From assembly GCA_964510025.1 (NCBI GenBank), contig CAZDZV010000009.1:1-62515 (forward strand): a stretch of 62,515 nucleotides of DNA, in the 5' to 3' direction. The translations under genes were made by a program, and so were the position numbers. This DNA comes from an uncultured Methanosarcinales archaeon. GTDB taxonomy: Archaea > Nanobdellota > Nanobdellia > Woesearchaeales > DATDXC01. Every line of letters begins with the position of its first letter. The first letter of the stretch is position 1. Of the stretch, positions 19,256 through 30,017 are shown in pieces. The notes beneath the pieces are model-generated. The model saw only the letters and a program-made list of their open reading frames with translations. It made no database searches and was not told the origin of the DNA.

Positions 19256-19879
19256 CTATTCCAGTATATGCACTATCCTTCCTTCGACCTTTAGCTTTCT
19301 GTCCCTGAAAAGCTCGATCCCCCTTATTATCAGCTCCTGCTCAGCTTCCTGGACCTTTTCCTTCAGGCTGTTGATTGTCTCATCTTCTTCGACATCCACT
19401 GCTTTCTGCAGGATAACAGGGCCTGTATCAGCTCCCTCATCGATGAATATCAGCGAACACCCTGTGATCTTACAGCCGTATCTCAGCACCTCTTCGTGCA
19501 CATTCTTGTCCATCCCGCCTGCAAAGGCAGGCAGCAGGCTTGGATGTATATTCATCACCCTGTTTCTCCACTTTTCAACAAACCAGCCAGACAAGAGCTT
19601 CATGTATCCTATCAGAATGGCCAGGCCTACATGGTGCTCGACCAGCAGCTTATCGATTGCCTGGTCATATTCCTGTTTGGATTTATCCTTTGGATCCAGG
19701 AATATAGCTTTTAGGTTATGGTTTCTGGCCCTTTCAAGAATCACAGCATCCTTCCTGTTGCTCAGCACAAAAGCGATCTCCACATTCTGTATCTTCTCTG
19801 CTTCAATAGCATCTATCAACGCCTGCAGGTCTGTCCCGCGTGTGCTTCCAAGTACGGCAATCCTTAAAATCAAAACCAC
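19256..19879 (-). CDS. purN: Phosphoribosylglycinamide formyltransferase
   Basis: IAVLGSTRGTDLQA, MNIHPSLLPAF, DEGADTGPVILQ. Confidence 0.95.
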   Translation of the reverse strand: MVLILRIAVLGSTRGTDLQALIDAIEAEKIQNVEIAFVLSNRKDAVILERARNHNLKAIFLDPKDKSKQEYDQAIDKLLVEHHVGLAILIGYMKLLSGWFVEKWRNRVMNIHPSLLPAFAGGMDKNVHEEVLRYGCKITGCSLIFIDEGADTGPVILQKAVDVEEDETINSLKEKVQEAEQELIIRGIELFRDRKLKVEGRIVHILE

Positions 19880-19981
19880 CGTAATAAAAAGAAATAATGC
19901 CTCTTTATAAAATTTGCTATAAATAATAATATTAACTTCAAAATAGTTACATTTATAAGAAAGCTACCAACCTTCATAGCT

Positions 19982-20980
19982 ATGCCAAGCCGTCCTATTT
20001 TTGACTATAAGGGTATATTTGTGCCTATCGTATCTCCTTTTGATGAGGATATTAATCTGGATCTGCCTAGCTTAGAAAGGCTTATTGAGCATATCATCGG
20101 CACAGTGGACGGTTTTGTCATTAATGGAAAGACTCAGGAATTTACGCACCTACAGGATAGCCAAAGAAAGGATATACTGACAAGGGCAGCAGGCCAGATA
20201 GGCAGAAAAAAACCTATCGTCGCCAACGTTACCTATCCATGGGCATACCCTGCTGCGATGCAGATGGTGCTGGAAGCAGTGAAGCATGAGATAGACTTGG
20301 CTGCAGAGGCAGGAGCTGATGCAGTCATGGTCTGCCCGTTCTACAGCAAACCTGTGTCAACCTCAAGACTGTTTGATTTTGTCGGGGCTCTTGCTGAGCA
20401 TTCGCCCTTGCCTTTGTTCCTGTATAATAATCCTGAGCTTCACCACAAAAGGGTGGCAGAGCCTGGTTTGCTTGGGAAACTTAGGCTGCCTAAGGCTCAG
20501 CTGGACCGTTTCAGAGAGCCGTATAATATTCCAGCTTCAGTTGTTGGCGCATTATCATCTCATAGAAATGTCCTGGGTATCAAGGACAGCTCAGGGGATC
20601 TGGCTTACTTCTTCAGATTGATGGAATATGCAACAGACACTTTCCGTGTTTTCCAGGGTTCAGAAAAGCACATAGCCAAATCCCACGCTGATGCACGAGA
20701 ACCTCATGGCATTGTACCGAGCCTTGCTAATGTTGCTCCAGGGCTGGTGAGATACCTGTATGAAGATCCTACAGGCTTCAAGCAGTATCTGCTGAACCTC
20801 GGCTGAAGCCTCCTGTACGGTGAATCTTATCAGCATATAGTTGCAGGGATAAAATATGCTCTTTATGAAGAAGGCATAATCTCCACTCCCTTGATGGCAG
20901 ATGGATCATCTGTGGCTATTGGAAAGCTGGCTATGCACAGGTTCAGGAGGCTCGCCAGATATGCTGCCCCTCAAAGGTAG
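19982..20980 (+). pseudogene. Dihydrodipicolinate synthase family protein interrupted by in-frame TGA at 20804-20806
   Basis: PIVSPF, NGKTQE, LYNNP, GIKDSSGD; frame continues 57 codons past the TGA with DHDPS-like AGIKYAL..EGI to TAG at 20980. Confidence 0.75.
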
Positions 20981-21933
20981 CCTTTAAGGTTGCTCCTTAT
21001 CCTTTCGAGTACGCTTCCAGCTTCTGCCTTAAAGCTTTTTGCTGTTATCATCTCATACAGCTGGATATATCTTCTGCTCAGCTCTACGACAAGCTTTTCC
21101 GGGGCTTCCGGCAGCTTCTCGTCCTTGTATGGATCGCAATGCTCCTTGAACCACAGCCTCAAGAACTCCTTGTCTATGTTTTCAGGCTCCTCCCCTCTTT
21201 GAAACCTTTTTTCATAGCTTTCGCTGATCCAATATCTTGACGAATCAGGCGTATGTATCTCATCTGCAAGGAATATGTTCCCATCCTCATCATACCCGAA
21301 CTCATATTTGGTATCCACAAGTATCAGGCCGTTTTTTGCCGCTATCTCAGTCCCTCTTTCAAACAGCTCCAGGGCCTTGCCAGCAACATAATCCCACTGC
21401 TTCTGGCTCATCATGCCTTTTTGAACAACTTCCTTTCCAGAGATCTTCTCGTCATGCACATCCGACTTGGTGGTGGGTGTGATGATAGGTTTCTCAAATT
21501 TCTGGTTCTTTTTCAGCCCTTCAGGCAGAATGTTTCCGCAGAATTCTCTCTCACCTTTCGAGTAGGCTGTCCATGCTGAAGTGGATGTGACGCCTGTTAT
21601 GTATCCCCTGACGACCAGTTCAACAGGGAATATCTTCAGTTTCCGGCAGACAACAACATTAGGATCAGGTATGGCGATGACATGGTTTGCTATTATATCC
21701 TCTGTATTTTTGAACCAGAAAGCGCTGGTCTGGGTCAGCACCTGGCCCTTGAACGGTATGTTTGCCAGGTTCCTGTCAAATGCAGACTGCCTGTCTGTCG
21801 CAATCAAAAATAGCTTGTCATTCCCGACATAGACATCCCTCACCTTCCCTCTGTATTTCTTTCCCAGCCCTGAAAGGTCTGTATCTTTTAGTGTATATCT
21901 TATCTGTTCTTTGATAACATCCTCGCTGATCAT
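20971..21933 (-). CDS. purC: SAICAR synthetase
   Basis: YRGKVRDVY, TDRQSAFD, PVELVVRGY, VDTKYEFG, DEIHTPDSSRYW. Confidence 0.95.
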   Translation of the reverse strand: MISEDVIKEQIRYTLKDTDLSGLGKKYRGKVRDVYVGNDKLFLIATDRQSAFDRNLANIPFKGQVLTQTSAFWFKNTEDIIANHVIAIPDPNVVVCRKLKIFPVELVVRGYITGVTSTSAWTAYSKGEREFCGNILPEGLKKNQKFEKPIITPTTKSDVHDEKISGKEVVQKGMMSQKQWDYVAGKALELFERGTEIAAKNGLILVDTKYEFGYDEDGNIFLADEIHTPDSSRYWISESYEKRFQRGEEPENIDKEFLRLWFKEHCDPYKDEKLPEAPEKLVVELSRRYIQLYEMITAKSFKAEAGSVLERIRSNLKGYL

Positions 21934-21937
21934 TCTC

Positions 21938-22711
21938 TCACCCCTCTAGCACCTTTTGCCTCCCTTCCTTCCTCAGCCCGTCAAGCTTATCAGTATATTT
22001 TCCGTCTATATTCATGATCTCACAGGCAGCTATTGCTGCGTTGTCTCCCCTGTTCAGGCCTACCCATAGCCCGTGGTCAGAATGCTTAAGTATGTTCAGG
22101 GCTGCCTCTGCCTTGTCATCGTCCTTCAGAAGCATCGGGCAGTATATCACAAGCTCATCTTTTTTCTCTATAGGCTCGTCAAAATATGTAAACTCTATGT
22201 TTACAGCATCCTTTTCAGGCTTGTCAGCATATCCATAGCTTATTCCTAACCTGTCCAGCACATCTGTTGCCTTTTTTACAGCCTTTTCATCCTTTTTCCC
22301 TATTATGTTTACCTTACTATATCTGACAAGCATGTTCTTAGCCCCCCTTGCAGCTATCTCAGCCTGATTTACTCCCACGCTCAGCACAGGTATACCTGGC
22401 GGCATCTGCATTATGCTCAGAAGGGCGTCTAATCCCGAGTAGTTTGAATGCACCGGAACCCCTATTACAGGTTTTGTGGTCTTCGAAGCCACTACTCCAG
22501 GAAGCGCTGCACTCAGGCCTGCGCCTGCTATCACAACATCAAAATCCCCCTCTTTGACAGCCTGCTCCAGCTCATCAGGGGTCCTATGGGCTGACAGCAC
22601 CTTAGATACATGATCTATGCTGTCTGATCTTAACTGCCCTATAACCCTACTATAGACATCTGCATCTGATTTTGATCCAAACACAACCAAGACTTTCGCC
22701 ATTTCTATCAC
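21938..22711 (-). CDS. purE: AIR carboxylase/mutase PurE with C-terminal extension
   Basis: GSKSD, SAHRTP, IAGAGLSAALPG, PVIGVP, QMPPGIPV; 257 aa versus ~165 typical. Confidence 0.88.
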   Translation of the reverse strand: MIEMAKVLVVFGSKSDADVYSRVIGQLRSDSIDHVSKVLSAHRTPDELEQAVKEGDFDVVIAGAGLSAALPGVVASKTTKPVIGVPVHSNYSGLDALLSIMQMPPGIPVLSVGVNQAEIAARGAKNMLVRYSKVNIIGKKDEKAVKKATDVLDRLGISYGYADKPEKDAVNIEFTYFDEPIEKKDELVIYCPMLLKDDDKAEAALNILKHSDHGLWVGLNRGDNAAIAACEIMNIDGKYTDKLDGLRKEGRQKVLEG

Positions 22712-23142
22712 CTCACAAGCATTGCTTCCTGGTAATTCTCATTGCATAATAGCTCTTTTGCGATTTTTTCAGCTGCCCCATTGGAATCCACACCAAGCTC
22801 CCATAACACTCCCCTCTGCATGGACTTTATCTCAGCCAATCCTAGCCTTTCTCGCAGGATATGCAGCAGCTCTTCACAATCATCATCCAGGTTCATGACA
22901 AGCACGCAAAAGTTACCTTCATCCTTTTGGATGTCAAAGGAGTGGATATTCTTGTTGGCATTGATCAGGATATCCACCTTGCTGATTTTTTTCTTGAACT
23001 CTTCTTCATCTCCTGTTATATCAAATCGGTAATAAAAATTTCTTCTGACCTTGCCTATATCAAACCCCATGCGTTCAAGCGTATGCTTGGTGGTTATTGC
23101 AGTATTATCAGCTATCTTCAGTCCCACAAATAGCTCTATCAT
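22708..23142 (-). CDS. PurS-like FGAM synthase subunit (double length)
   Basis: Follows purL-purQ; ends KIAKELLCNENYQ like the PurS LL.N motif; start re-assigned to 23142 (ATGA overlap). Confidence 0.6.
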   Translation of the reverse strand: MIELFVGLKIADNTAITTKHTLERMGFDIGKVRRNFYYRFDITGDEEEFKKKISKVDILINANKNIHSFDIQKDEGNFCVLVMNLDDDCEELLHILRERLGLAEIKSMQRGVLWELGVDSNGAAEKIAKELLCNENYQEAMLVR

Positions 23143-23894
23143 CTTTTTAGATACCCCTTTATGCTTTGGAATATCTTCAGGCCGGGGCCTGCATCCTCCC
23201 CAATATAGTGCTGCTCTGGCACCTGTCTCATCCATGATGATCTTTCAGGATGAGGCATCATCGCCATGACATTTCCCTTTTCATTTACAACACCTGCTAT
23301 GTTTATCAGGCTGCCGTTCGGGTTATGGGGAAACTTATCTGCTATATTCCCATTTTCATCGCAATAGCGCAATGCCAGCTGCTCATTCCTTATCAACTTC
23401 TGTACGAGCGCCTTGTCTTTTGCTGCAAACCTTCCTTCTCCATGCGCAATTGGCATCTGCAGCATCTCACCTTCTTGCAAAGCAATGTTAAAAGCTGTCT
23501 TCCTCTTGATGCTGTTCCTGACCCTTATCCAGCTGCAGTAGAATCCAGAGACCATCGGGTTTATGTTGGGGGCTATAGCCATCTCCACCTTGCCGCCTAA
23601 GCCCGGGATTATGCCTGCTTCTACAAGCACCTGGCACCCGTTGCATATGCCCAGTATGACCTTTCCGTCAGCTGCTTCCTGCCTGAGTTTCCCAACAACA
23701 GGGTCCTTTGAGGCTATCACACCTGCCCTTATCCTGTCCTCGTATGAAAATCCCCCTGGCAGCACATAGCCTTCATAATCACCTATGGGCTGGTTCCACC
23801 TCACTACATCTGCCCTTATCCCTGCTGCTTCTATCGCCCTCTTTGTCTCGTTTTCGCAGTTGTTTCCTGGAAACATTATTACAGCTATCCTCAT
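23139..23894 (-). CDS. purQ: FGAM synthase glutaminase subunit
   Basis: FPGNNCE, PGGFSYED, GICNGCQ, PIAHGEGRF, NPNGS, MMPHPER. Confidence 0.95.
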   Translation of the reverse strand: MRIAVIMFPGNNCENETKRAIEAAGIRADVVRWNQPIGDYEGYVLPGGFSYEDRIRAGVIASKDPVVGKLRQEAADGKVILGICNGCQVLVEAGIIPGLGGKVEMAIAPNINPMVSGFYCSWIRVRNSIKRKTAFNIALQEGEMLQMPIAHGEGRFAAKDKALVQKLIRNEQLALRYCDENGNIADKFPHNPNGSLINIAGVVNEKGNVMAMMPHPERSSWMRQVPEQHYIGEDAGPGLKIFQSIKGYLKR

Positions 23895-26218
23895 CCCATC
23901 GCCTCTCTGACACCTGAGGTCCAGGCTTTTTTTAGCTCTTCTGCCCTAAGCTTCAGGACCTGCCTGCCTTTTTCTCGGACAGTAAGCGAATCCTCTGCAA
24001 CAGTTTGGCCCAGCTCTATAATATCCAGATGATATTTGTCAAATATCTGCCTGACCTCATCCTTGGTCTCAAATATAAATCCCGGGGATTCTGAAAAAAG
24101 CGTCTTGACAGCATCAAGCTCTGAAAAGCCTATCTCTGCCTCTATGCCGATCTTTCCGTCTGCCTCACCACCAAGCATCATTTCTGCCATGCTGACCAGC
24201 AGGCCGCCGTCTGATATATCATGACAGCTCAGCAATAGTCCCTGCTCTATGCATTCGATTATAGCATAGACCATCTTCTTGTGGTTCTCGAAATCCACTA
24301 CAGGCACATTCGCACCAATCTCGTCGTTGACAGCATAGTACACGCTGCCCCCAAGCTCGTCCTTTCTTCTGCCCACCATATAGATCTTGGAGCCCTCTTC
24401 CTTAACCTTCATCGTAATTGCCTTCCTGTAATCATCAAGATATCCAACGCACGCTATTATCGGCGACGGATCCACCTGCCTGCCGTTTATGCTCTCATTG
24501 TAGAAGCTCACATTTCCCGAAACAAACGGCACCGGGCTTTTCTGGTCTCCCTTCCAGCAAAGGTTAGTGGCAGCATCCCTCAGCCCCTTTACGCTCTCTA
24601 CAAAGTCGCTGAAAGCTTCTGGCTTTTCCGGGTTGCCGAAGTTCAGGCAGTCTGTCATGCCGTAAGGCACAGCTCCAACTGCAGCCACATTCCTCATGGC
24701 TTCAGCAACGGCATTTACTGCTCCCATATATGGGTCTATCCTGGAGTATCTTGGGTTATGGTCAACAGATAATGCAACACACTGATGGTATCCTGGGATA
24801 GGAGCCTGCACACCAGCATCTGCCTCTCCCGGCCTTATCACAGCCAGCCCCTGGACCTCTGTGTCATAATGCTTGTAGACAACAGCTTTTGAGGCTACGT
24901 TCGGGTGGCTCAAAACCTTCAGCGCAGAAGCCTTGACAGCATCTGGAGCGAATTTGGGCTCGACAAAACGTCTTTTTCCCTTTTTTTGCTCTCTTCTATA
25001 CACAATTCCCTGTGTAAGGGTATGGACAGGCACGTTGCATACAGTCCTGCCCTTATGCCTCATTATATAATCTGTAGATTTCGTCACCTTTCCGATCACA
25101 GCTGCTCTTGCTCCTTCTGCCACCATAGGCAGCTCAAAATCCCTGTTGTATATGTCCAGGATCCTTTTCGTGAAGTCAGGCGGGCTGATCCATGTGAACC
25201 TTTCCTGTGTCTCTCCGCAGGCAATCACATAGGGCTTCAGGTTCTTCATGGAGACGTGTATCTTGTCGATATCGATGTCTGCTCCGAATCCAGAAGCGTC
25301 GGCAAGCTCTGATGTGGAGCACATGATGCCGCCCGCACCCATATCCTTGAACCCGAGCTTGATCCCTTTTTCCCTTGCTTCCTTGAAAACAGATTCAGTC
25401 GCCCGTATCAATATGTTTTTCAGGAAAGGGTCAGGCACCTGCACAGCGCCTTTGTTATATTCTTCCTCTTTCTCATCCAATACAAGGGAAGCGAAAGCTG
25501 CTCCTCCGAATCCAGAGGTATCTGTCGCCTTGCCTACTATGACTATATCATAACCATCAGAAGGAGCTGCAGAATGTATTATGTCTTCCTCCTTGATGAG
25601 CCCCAGGCTGGCCACATTGACCAGGCAGTTTTCATCGAAGCTGGAGTTGAAATATATGTCTCCTGCAAGGTTCGGAACCCCTATCGGGTTGCCATAACCT
25701 GCTATGCCATCCACAACAGAATTCGCCACATACCTTACATAATCAGCTTTCTTGCCCTTTGGATCGCCGAACCTCAACGGGTCAGCAGTGGCTATTATCC
25801 TCGCTCCCATGCACAAAACATCCCTCACGATGCCGCCTATTCCTGTAGCAGCGCCCTCATATGGCACAACCTGGCTGGGATGGTTGTGGGACTCATGGGC
25901 TATCACAATGCCGAACTGCACCCCTGAGATGTTGGCAAACCTGATTATGCCTGCATCCTCTTTTGGCCCCTGGATTACGCTTGGGCCTTCTGTCGGCAGC
26001 ATCTTCAGGATCTCTTTGCTGGACTTATAGCTGCAATGCTCGCTCCATTCTATGTTGAACATATGTATCTCTGTCAATGTCGGATCTCTTCCTATCAGCT
26101 TCACTATCTTCCTGCACTCTTCTGCCTTCAATGCCAGGCTGTTTTTGCGTATGAAATCTGCTATCTCAGAATCAGACATCTCACTGATCTGCACTTTTTC
26201 AATATCCACTTCTCCCAT
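23891..26218 (-). CDS. purL: FGAM synthase large subunit
   Basis: WSEHCSYKSS, ESHNHPS, GAATGIGG, DMGAGG, ETQER, DCLNFGNP, SGNVSFYN, HDISDGG. Confidence 0.97.
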   Translation of the reverse strand: MGEVDIEKVQISEMSDSEIADFIRKNSLALKAEECRKIVKLIGRDPTLTEIHMFNIEWSEHCSYKSSKEILKMLPTEGPSVIQGPKEDAGIIRFANISGVQFGIVIAHESHNHPSQVVPYEGAATGIGGIVRDVLCMGARIIATADPLRFGDPKGKKADYVRYVANSVVDGIAGYGNPIGVPNLAGDIYFNSSFDENCLVNVASLGLIKEEDIIHSAAPSDGYDIVIVGKATDTSGFGGAAFASLVLDEKEEEYNKGAVQVPDPFLKNILIRATESVFKEAREKGIKLGFKDMGAGGIMCSTSELADASGFGADIDIDKIHVSMKNLKPYVIACGETQERFTWISPPDFTKRILDIYNRDFELPMVAEGARAAVIGKVTKSTDYIMRHKGRTVCNVPVHTLTQGIVYRREQKKGKRRFVEPKFAPDAVKASALKVLSHPNVASKAVVYKHYDTEVQGLAVIRPGEADAGVQAPIPGYHQCVALSVDHNPRYSRIDPYMGAVNAVAEAMRNVAAVGAVPYGMTDCLNFGNPEKPEAFSDFVESVKGLRDAATNLCWKGDQKSPVPFVSGNVSFYNESINGRQVDPSPIIACVGYLDDYRKAITMKVKEEGSKIYMVGRRKDELGGSVYYAVNDEIGANVPVVDFENHKKMVYAIIECIEQGLLLSCHDISDGGLLVSMAEMMLGGEADGKIGIEAEIGFSELDAVKTLFSESPGFIFETKDEVRQIFDKYHLDIIELGQTVAEDSLTVREKGRQVLKLRAEELKKAWTSGVREAMG

Positions 26219-26260
26219 GGTTCCGAAGGAATTATGTATTTATTTAAAGTTTTTGGTAGC

Positions 26261-27007
26261 TCAATCATAGCCCAGCTTTTCCAGCAGCTCAGGATATCTT
26301 CGGTTGAACAGTCCCTTGACCTTGGCCGGCAGGGATCTCCACTGACCTGGCCTGCCATATGCAGCGTGCTTTCCCTGGCCTGTTCTTTTCTTTCTGGCCA
26401 GGGTCCCAAATTTGTGCTTCTCTACGATCCCCAACAGCTTCTCAGCATGCATGGCGCTAAATCCAAGGTGCTTCAGTATCTTCCTGAACTGCTTTTCTTC
26501 ATTGCCGAACATTTCTTCATATCTTAACTCAAGGATATTTTTCTTGCTATAATCCCAGCCAAGCATCTGCCTGAAATGCGCATCTCTCCAGCTCAGCTCA
26601 AGCAATAGCCCTGTCTCTGTGTCCACAGAATTCAACAGCTCCTGATATGATCCAGCTTGGATGCCCAGTCCATCCAATTTCAGCCTTTGCCTCAGTTTAT
26701 CATCCATCTCTTCTCTTGTCCATCTTTCCCCGCACCATAGGTGATAGCTGTACCCTGAGACCAGCAGATCCCTCGGGTCCCTTATTATATGTGTTCCCTT
26801 AAGATCAGGAAGCATCCTGAAATCAACAGCAACATTGTTTACGCTTATATGGTTGAAAGCAAAGTCAGCTTTAGATGCTTCATAGAACTTTTCCAGGTCT
26901 TCGTTATAATGCCTGTGGAATCCACCATATCTATTAGCTATATCTCCGAACACCTGGTCAAAAAAAGAGGTCATGCATCTATGGTATCCGAAATGTACAA
27001 GCAGCAT
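26261..27007 (-). CDS. Sulfotransferase-domain protein
   Basis: GYHRCMTS (5'-PSB-like), IIRDPRDLLVSGY (3'-PB), LRYEEM, GRPGQWR. Confidence 0.75.
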   Translation of the reverse strand: MLLVHFGYHRCMTSFFDQVFGDIANRYGGFHRHYNEDLEKFYEASKADFAFNHISVNNVAVDFRMLPDLKGTHIIRDPRDLLVSGYSYHLWCGERWTREEMDDKLRQRLKLDGLGIQAGSYQELLNSVDTETGLLLELSWRDAHFRQMLGWDYSKKNILELRYEEMFGNEEKQFRKILKHLGFSAMHAEKLLGIVEKHKFGTLARKKRTGQGKHAAYGRPGQWRSLPAKVKGLFNRRYPELLEKLGYD

Positions 27008-27080
27008 TCACGCCAATATTCCGACCGCCTATATAAAATTTAGGAAAATATTTATAATCCGGCCATATTTGTCTTCAGGT

Positions 27081-27515
27081 ATGAAAAAGATCAATCCTGA
27101 CACATTGTTTATCCTTCTTCTTTTATTGATGTTTATTTTGGATTTTATGTTCCCTCGCAGATATGTCCTGTTTCCGATAAGCCTGGCAGGCATACCTGTG
27201 CTGCTGCTTGGATTCTGGTTGATGATATGGTCTCATGCATATTTTAAGGCTACGACGATAAAGCCAGAGCAAAGACCCACAAGATTCATCCTTGAAGGCC
27301 CGTACATGATTTCCAGAAACCCGATGTATCTCGGAGGTATAGTGATGATGGCCGGCATATCTATGCTGCTGCAAAGCTTTGCCAGCCTTGTCGGTCCTTT
27401 GCTCCTTTTTTTGCTACTTGAACTATATTACATCCCGATGGAGGAGAGAAATCTAGAGGCAGCATTCAGGAAGAGGTACATAGATTACAAGCATAGGATA
27501 AGAAGATGGATTTAA
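27081..27515 (+). CDS. Isoprenylcysteine carboxylmethyltransferase/PEMT family membrane protein
   Basis: GPYMISRNPMYLG, EERNL..F...YIDYK..IRRWI. Confidence 0.88.
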   Translation: MKKINPDTLFILLLLLMFILDFMFPRRYVLFPISLAGIPVLLLGFWLMIWSHAYFKATTIKPEQRPTRFILEGPYMISRNPMYLGGIVMMAGISMLLQSFASLVGPLLLFLLLELYYIPMEERNLEAAFRKRYIDYKHRIRRWI

Positions 27516-27572
27516 GAAATACATTATAGAGACCACAAATCTTTAAATATTTACTGGTCTTATATATTCCAT

Positions 27573-27812
27573 ATGAACAAAGCTGCGCAGGCTATTGCCT
27601 CTTTTCTGTTGAGTATCGCCGGCCTTGCTCTAGCTGTGCTTTCCTGGGGCCTCCTGCCCACAATAATGCTGTTTGCCTATTTTTTTGCAATCATCGGATT
27701 TATTTTTGGTATCATAGCCATGATACAGGTATCAGACCTTTTCACAGAAAGCCTTTCTGTTATAGGCGTGGTTCTGTGCATAGTCACTTTTCTTTTTCCT
27801 TTCCTATTCTGA
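27573..27812 (+). CDS. Small membrane protein
   Basis: Three hydrophobic segments; TATA-like TTTAAATA upstream. Confidence 0.65.
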   Translation: MNKAAQAIASFLLSIAGLALAVLSWGLLPTIMLFAYFFAIIGFIFGIIAMIQVSDLFTESLSVIGVVLCIVTFLFPFLF

Positions 27813-29186
27813 TGCAGTGCTTATTCCGTACCACCAGGGTTTCTCTTCTTTGATGATTTCAGCTTCTTCGCTTGATGCATCCAGCTCTATCTCTTTCTCT
27901 GCCTCAGCGTCGATCAAGCCCAATATCTTTCTTTTTTCCTGGGTTTTGATCTGATATTTCAGCCTATCCTTCTCCTTAAGCAGGACAACCCTTCTTATCC
28001 TGGTCTTTACCCTCTCCTTTATCTTATCGGGCAATGCCTTAAGCTCCATATCCTCTATCTTGATCTTGTCTGAAAGCTCGACATCACTGGCCTCGACCTC
28101 TACATCATCCACCTTCAGCATAACTTTCTCTTTCAGTGCCTTTATCCTTATATCCTTATCATCTATCGTCTTTGTTATCTCCTTGTTCTCAGCTTCGATC
28201 CCCACCTCATCTGCGATGATCTCTTTGGGCCTCACCCTGAACTTCTCTACCAAACCTGAGAAGTCGTCTGCTTCAATGGATTCCTTCTTCTCCAACAGCT
28301 GCCTTATCATCTCATCGATCCTCTCTCTCAGGGTTTTCAACGATCTTATCTGCCCATCTATGGAATCTTCCTTGGAAAGGATGGTGTCCATCTTCGCCTG
28401 GTAATAGGTGGCTATGCTTGACGGTTCAGTCTCTTCCTCGATCCATTCTGTCGCTATCTCCTCACCTTCTGATTGCTGCTCCCTAGAGCATTCTTTTGCC
28501 TTTTCCCTTATCTCTTGCTCGTAGTCTTGTATATGCCTTTCAAGCTCTGCAATGTCGCTTCCCTCATAGGCAGCCAGCTTGTCTTTTAATATCTCCAGGT
28601 TCTTCTTCATCCGCTGGTATTGCAGCTCGCATTCCGGCCTTGAGCTGGTCTCGACAGCTCTTACAACAGCAGGCTGCCAGCAAATCCTCTTGTTTTCCTC
28701 TATCTTCTCTTTTATCTTATGGATATGTTCTTTTATACGCTCCAGATCCTCATCATCTGCTGATCTTGCCTTTTCCAGCGCCAGTTCCAGCTCCTTCCTT
28801 AGCTCGGCATTTATGGAATTGCACCTGTTTTCTGCCCTTGACTGGACAGGCTTTTCGCTGTACATCTCCCTGCATTTGTTCTTCAGTCTCTGCTTATCCT
28901 CATCAGGATGCTCTTCCAGCAGCTTCTTATAGCACCTTGCAATATCAGCCTCAAAATTTTCAGGCCTGGATATCGTGCTAGCAACTGTCTGCCTGACCCT
29001 CTGTTTGCTGCCTATTGTTCCGTTTTCCTGCTCTATAGCTGTCTGGACCATATCAGAATTTTCCTCATATCCGCCACCAGCTCCGGTGGCATTGCTTTCT
29101 ACGCTAGCGACCTGAGTTTCTGCACTAGCAATCAAAGCCATACAAATTAATATCCCTATCAGAATAATTTTCCTCAATGAAATCAC
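27804..29186 (-). CDS. Secreted coiled-coil protein
   Basis: Signal peptide, E/K-rich helices with paired Cys, C-terminal KILGLI...KPWW. Confidence 0.75.
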   Translation of the reverse strand: MISLRKIILIGILICMALIASAETQVASVESNATGAGGGYEENSDMVQTAIEQENGTIGSKQRVRQTVASTISRPENFEADIARCYKKLLEEHPDEDKQRLKNKCREMYSEKPVQSRAENRCNSINAELRKELELALEKARSADDEDLERIKEHIHKIKEKIEENKRICWQPAVVRAVETSSRPECELQYQRMKKNLEILKDKLAAYEGSDIAELERHIQDYEQEIREKAKECSREQQSEGEEIATEWIEEETEPSSIATYYQAKMDTILSKEDSIDGQIRSLKTLRERIDEMIRQLLEKKESIEADDFSGLVEKFRVRPKEIIADEVGIEAENKEITKTIDDKDIRIKALKEKVMLKVDDVEVEASDVELSDKIKIEDMELKALPDKIKERVKTRIRRVVLLKEKDRLKYQIKTQEKRKILGLIDAEAEKEIELDASSEEAEIIKEEKPWWYGISTASE

Positions 29187-29200
29187 CTCACAACTAAACT

Positions 29201-29232
29201 TGAAAACTTTGATATTTAAATTTATTGATTAT
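29201..29232. repeat. 32-bp direct repeat copy 1 (promoter-containing)
   Basis: TGAAAACTTTGATATTTAAATTTATTGATTAT, identical to 30018-30049. Confidence 0.9.
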
Positions 29233-29309
29233 TCGTAACTGATCGTATTATAGAATGCTGCACTTTTTCTGCTTACTTTCAATCTATGTCTTAAGCTATA
29301 TTATAGTCG

Positions 29310-29954
29310 TTAAATAGATTTTTCTGAGCTTTGAGCAGCTTCGAATCCCTGCACTATAGATGCCTGCGCATGCATCAATCTCCGGAGCTCCTCGGCCTTT
29401 CTTTCCGTCTCTTTATGCATTGCCAGCATCTTTCTGCCGAGTTCAGGGTCAACTGGCTTATATTTCCCCCCATATATGCTTCCACCAGCCCTATCTATCG
29501 CTAATTTTTCTCCATCCTTTGCCACAGTGCTCAACATGCCTGCACTATTGCGGATAATGGCATGGATTAGCCGCTCCATCCTTTTTACATAGTCGCTCTC
29601 AATCCTGCGCGTGATCGCCTCTATCTGCCTAAGATATCCTTCCATGAATTTCGCCCGATGCAGGACCTCGCTAAAATATTTTATGCCTTCATCTTTAGTC
29701 TGAACCACCATCCCCTTATCCCCAGGCGGAACACCTGGAAATCCTTTGGTTTTTTGAGCTAGCGCATCAGCATCCAATCTCGCAGCTCTCCAGCTGTCTT
29801 CTAATCTATCCATCTTTATACCTCCAACATAAGATTCTTGCAGCATCTGCCATCTCATAAAGACCTTCATGCCTGTTAATCCGGCCTCCAACCGCAGCCT
29901 GATCGGCTGCAGGATCTGCTCTAGCGGCCCGCCCATCCACCGCTGAATAGGCAA
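29310..29954 (-). CDS. Hypothetical protein (start uncertain)
   Basis: 214-aa ORF, no recognised motif. Confidence 0.6.
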   Translation of the reverse strand: MPIQRWMGGPLEQILQPIRLRLEAGLTGMKVFMRWQMLQESYVGGIKMDRLEDSWRAARLDADALAQKTKGFPGVPPGDKGMVVQTKDEGIKYFSEVLHRAKFMEGYLRQIEAITRRIESDYVKRMERLIHAIIRNSAGMLSTVAKDGEKLAIDRAGGSIYGGKYKPVDPELGRKMLAMHKETERKAEELRRLMHAQASIVQGFEAAQSSEKSI

Positions 29955-30017
29955 CCAGACTAATTAATATGCTTGCTAGAATGATCTTCTTCAGCGGATT
30001 CACCTCAGAAACGATAC

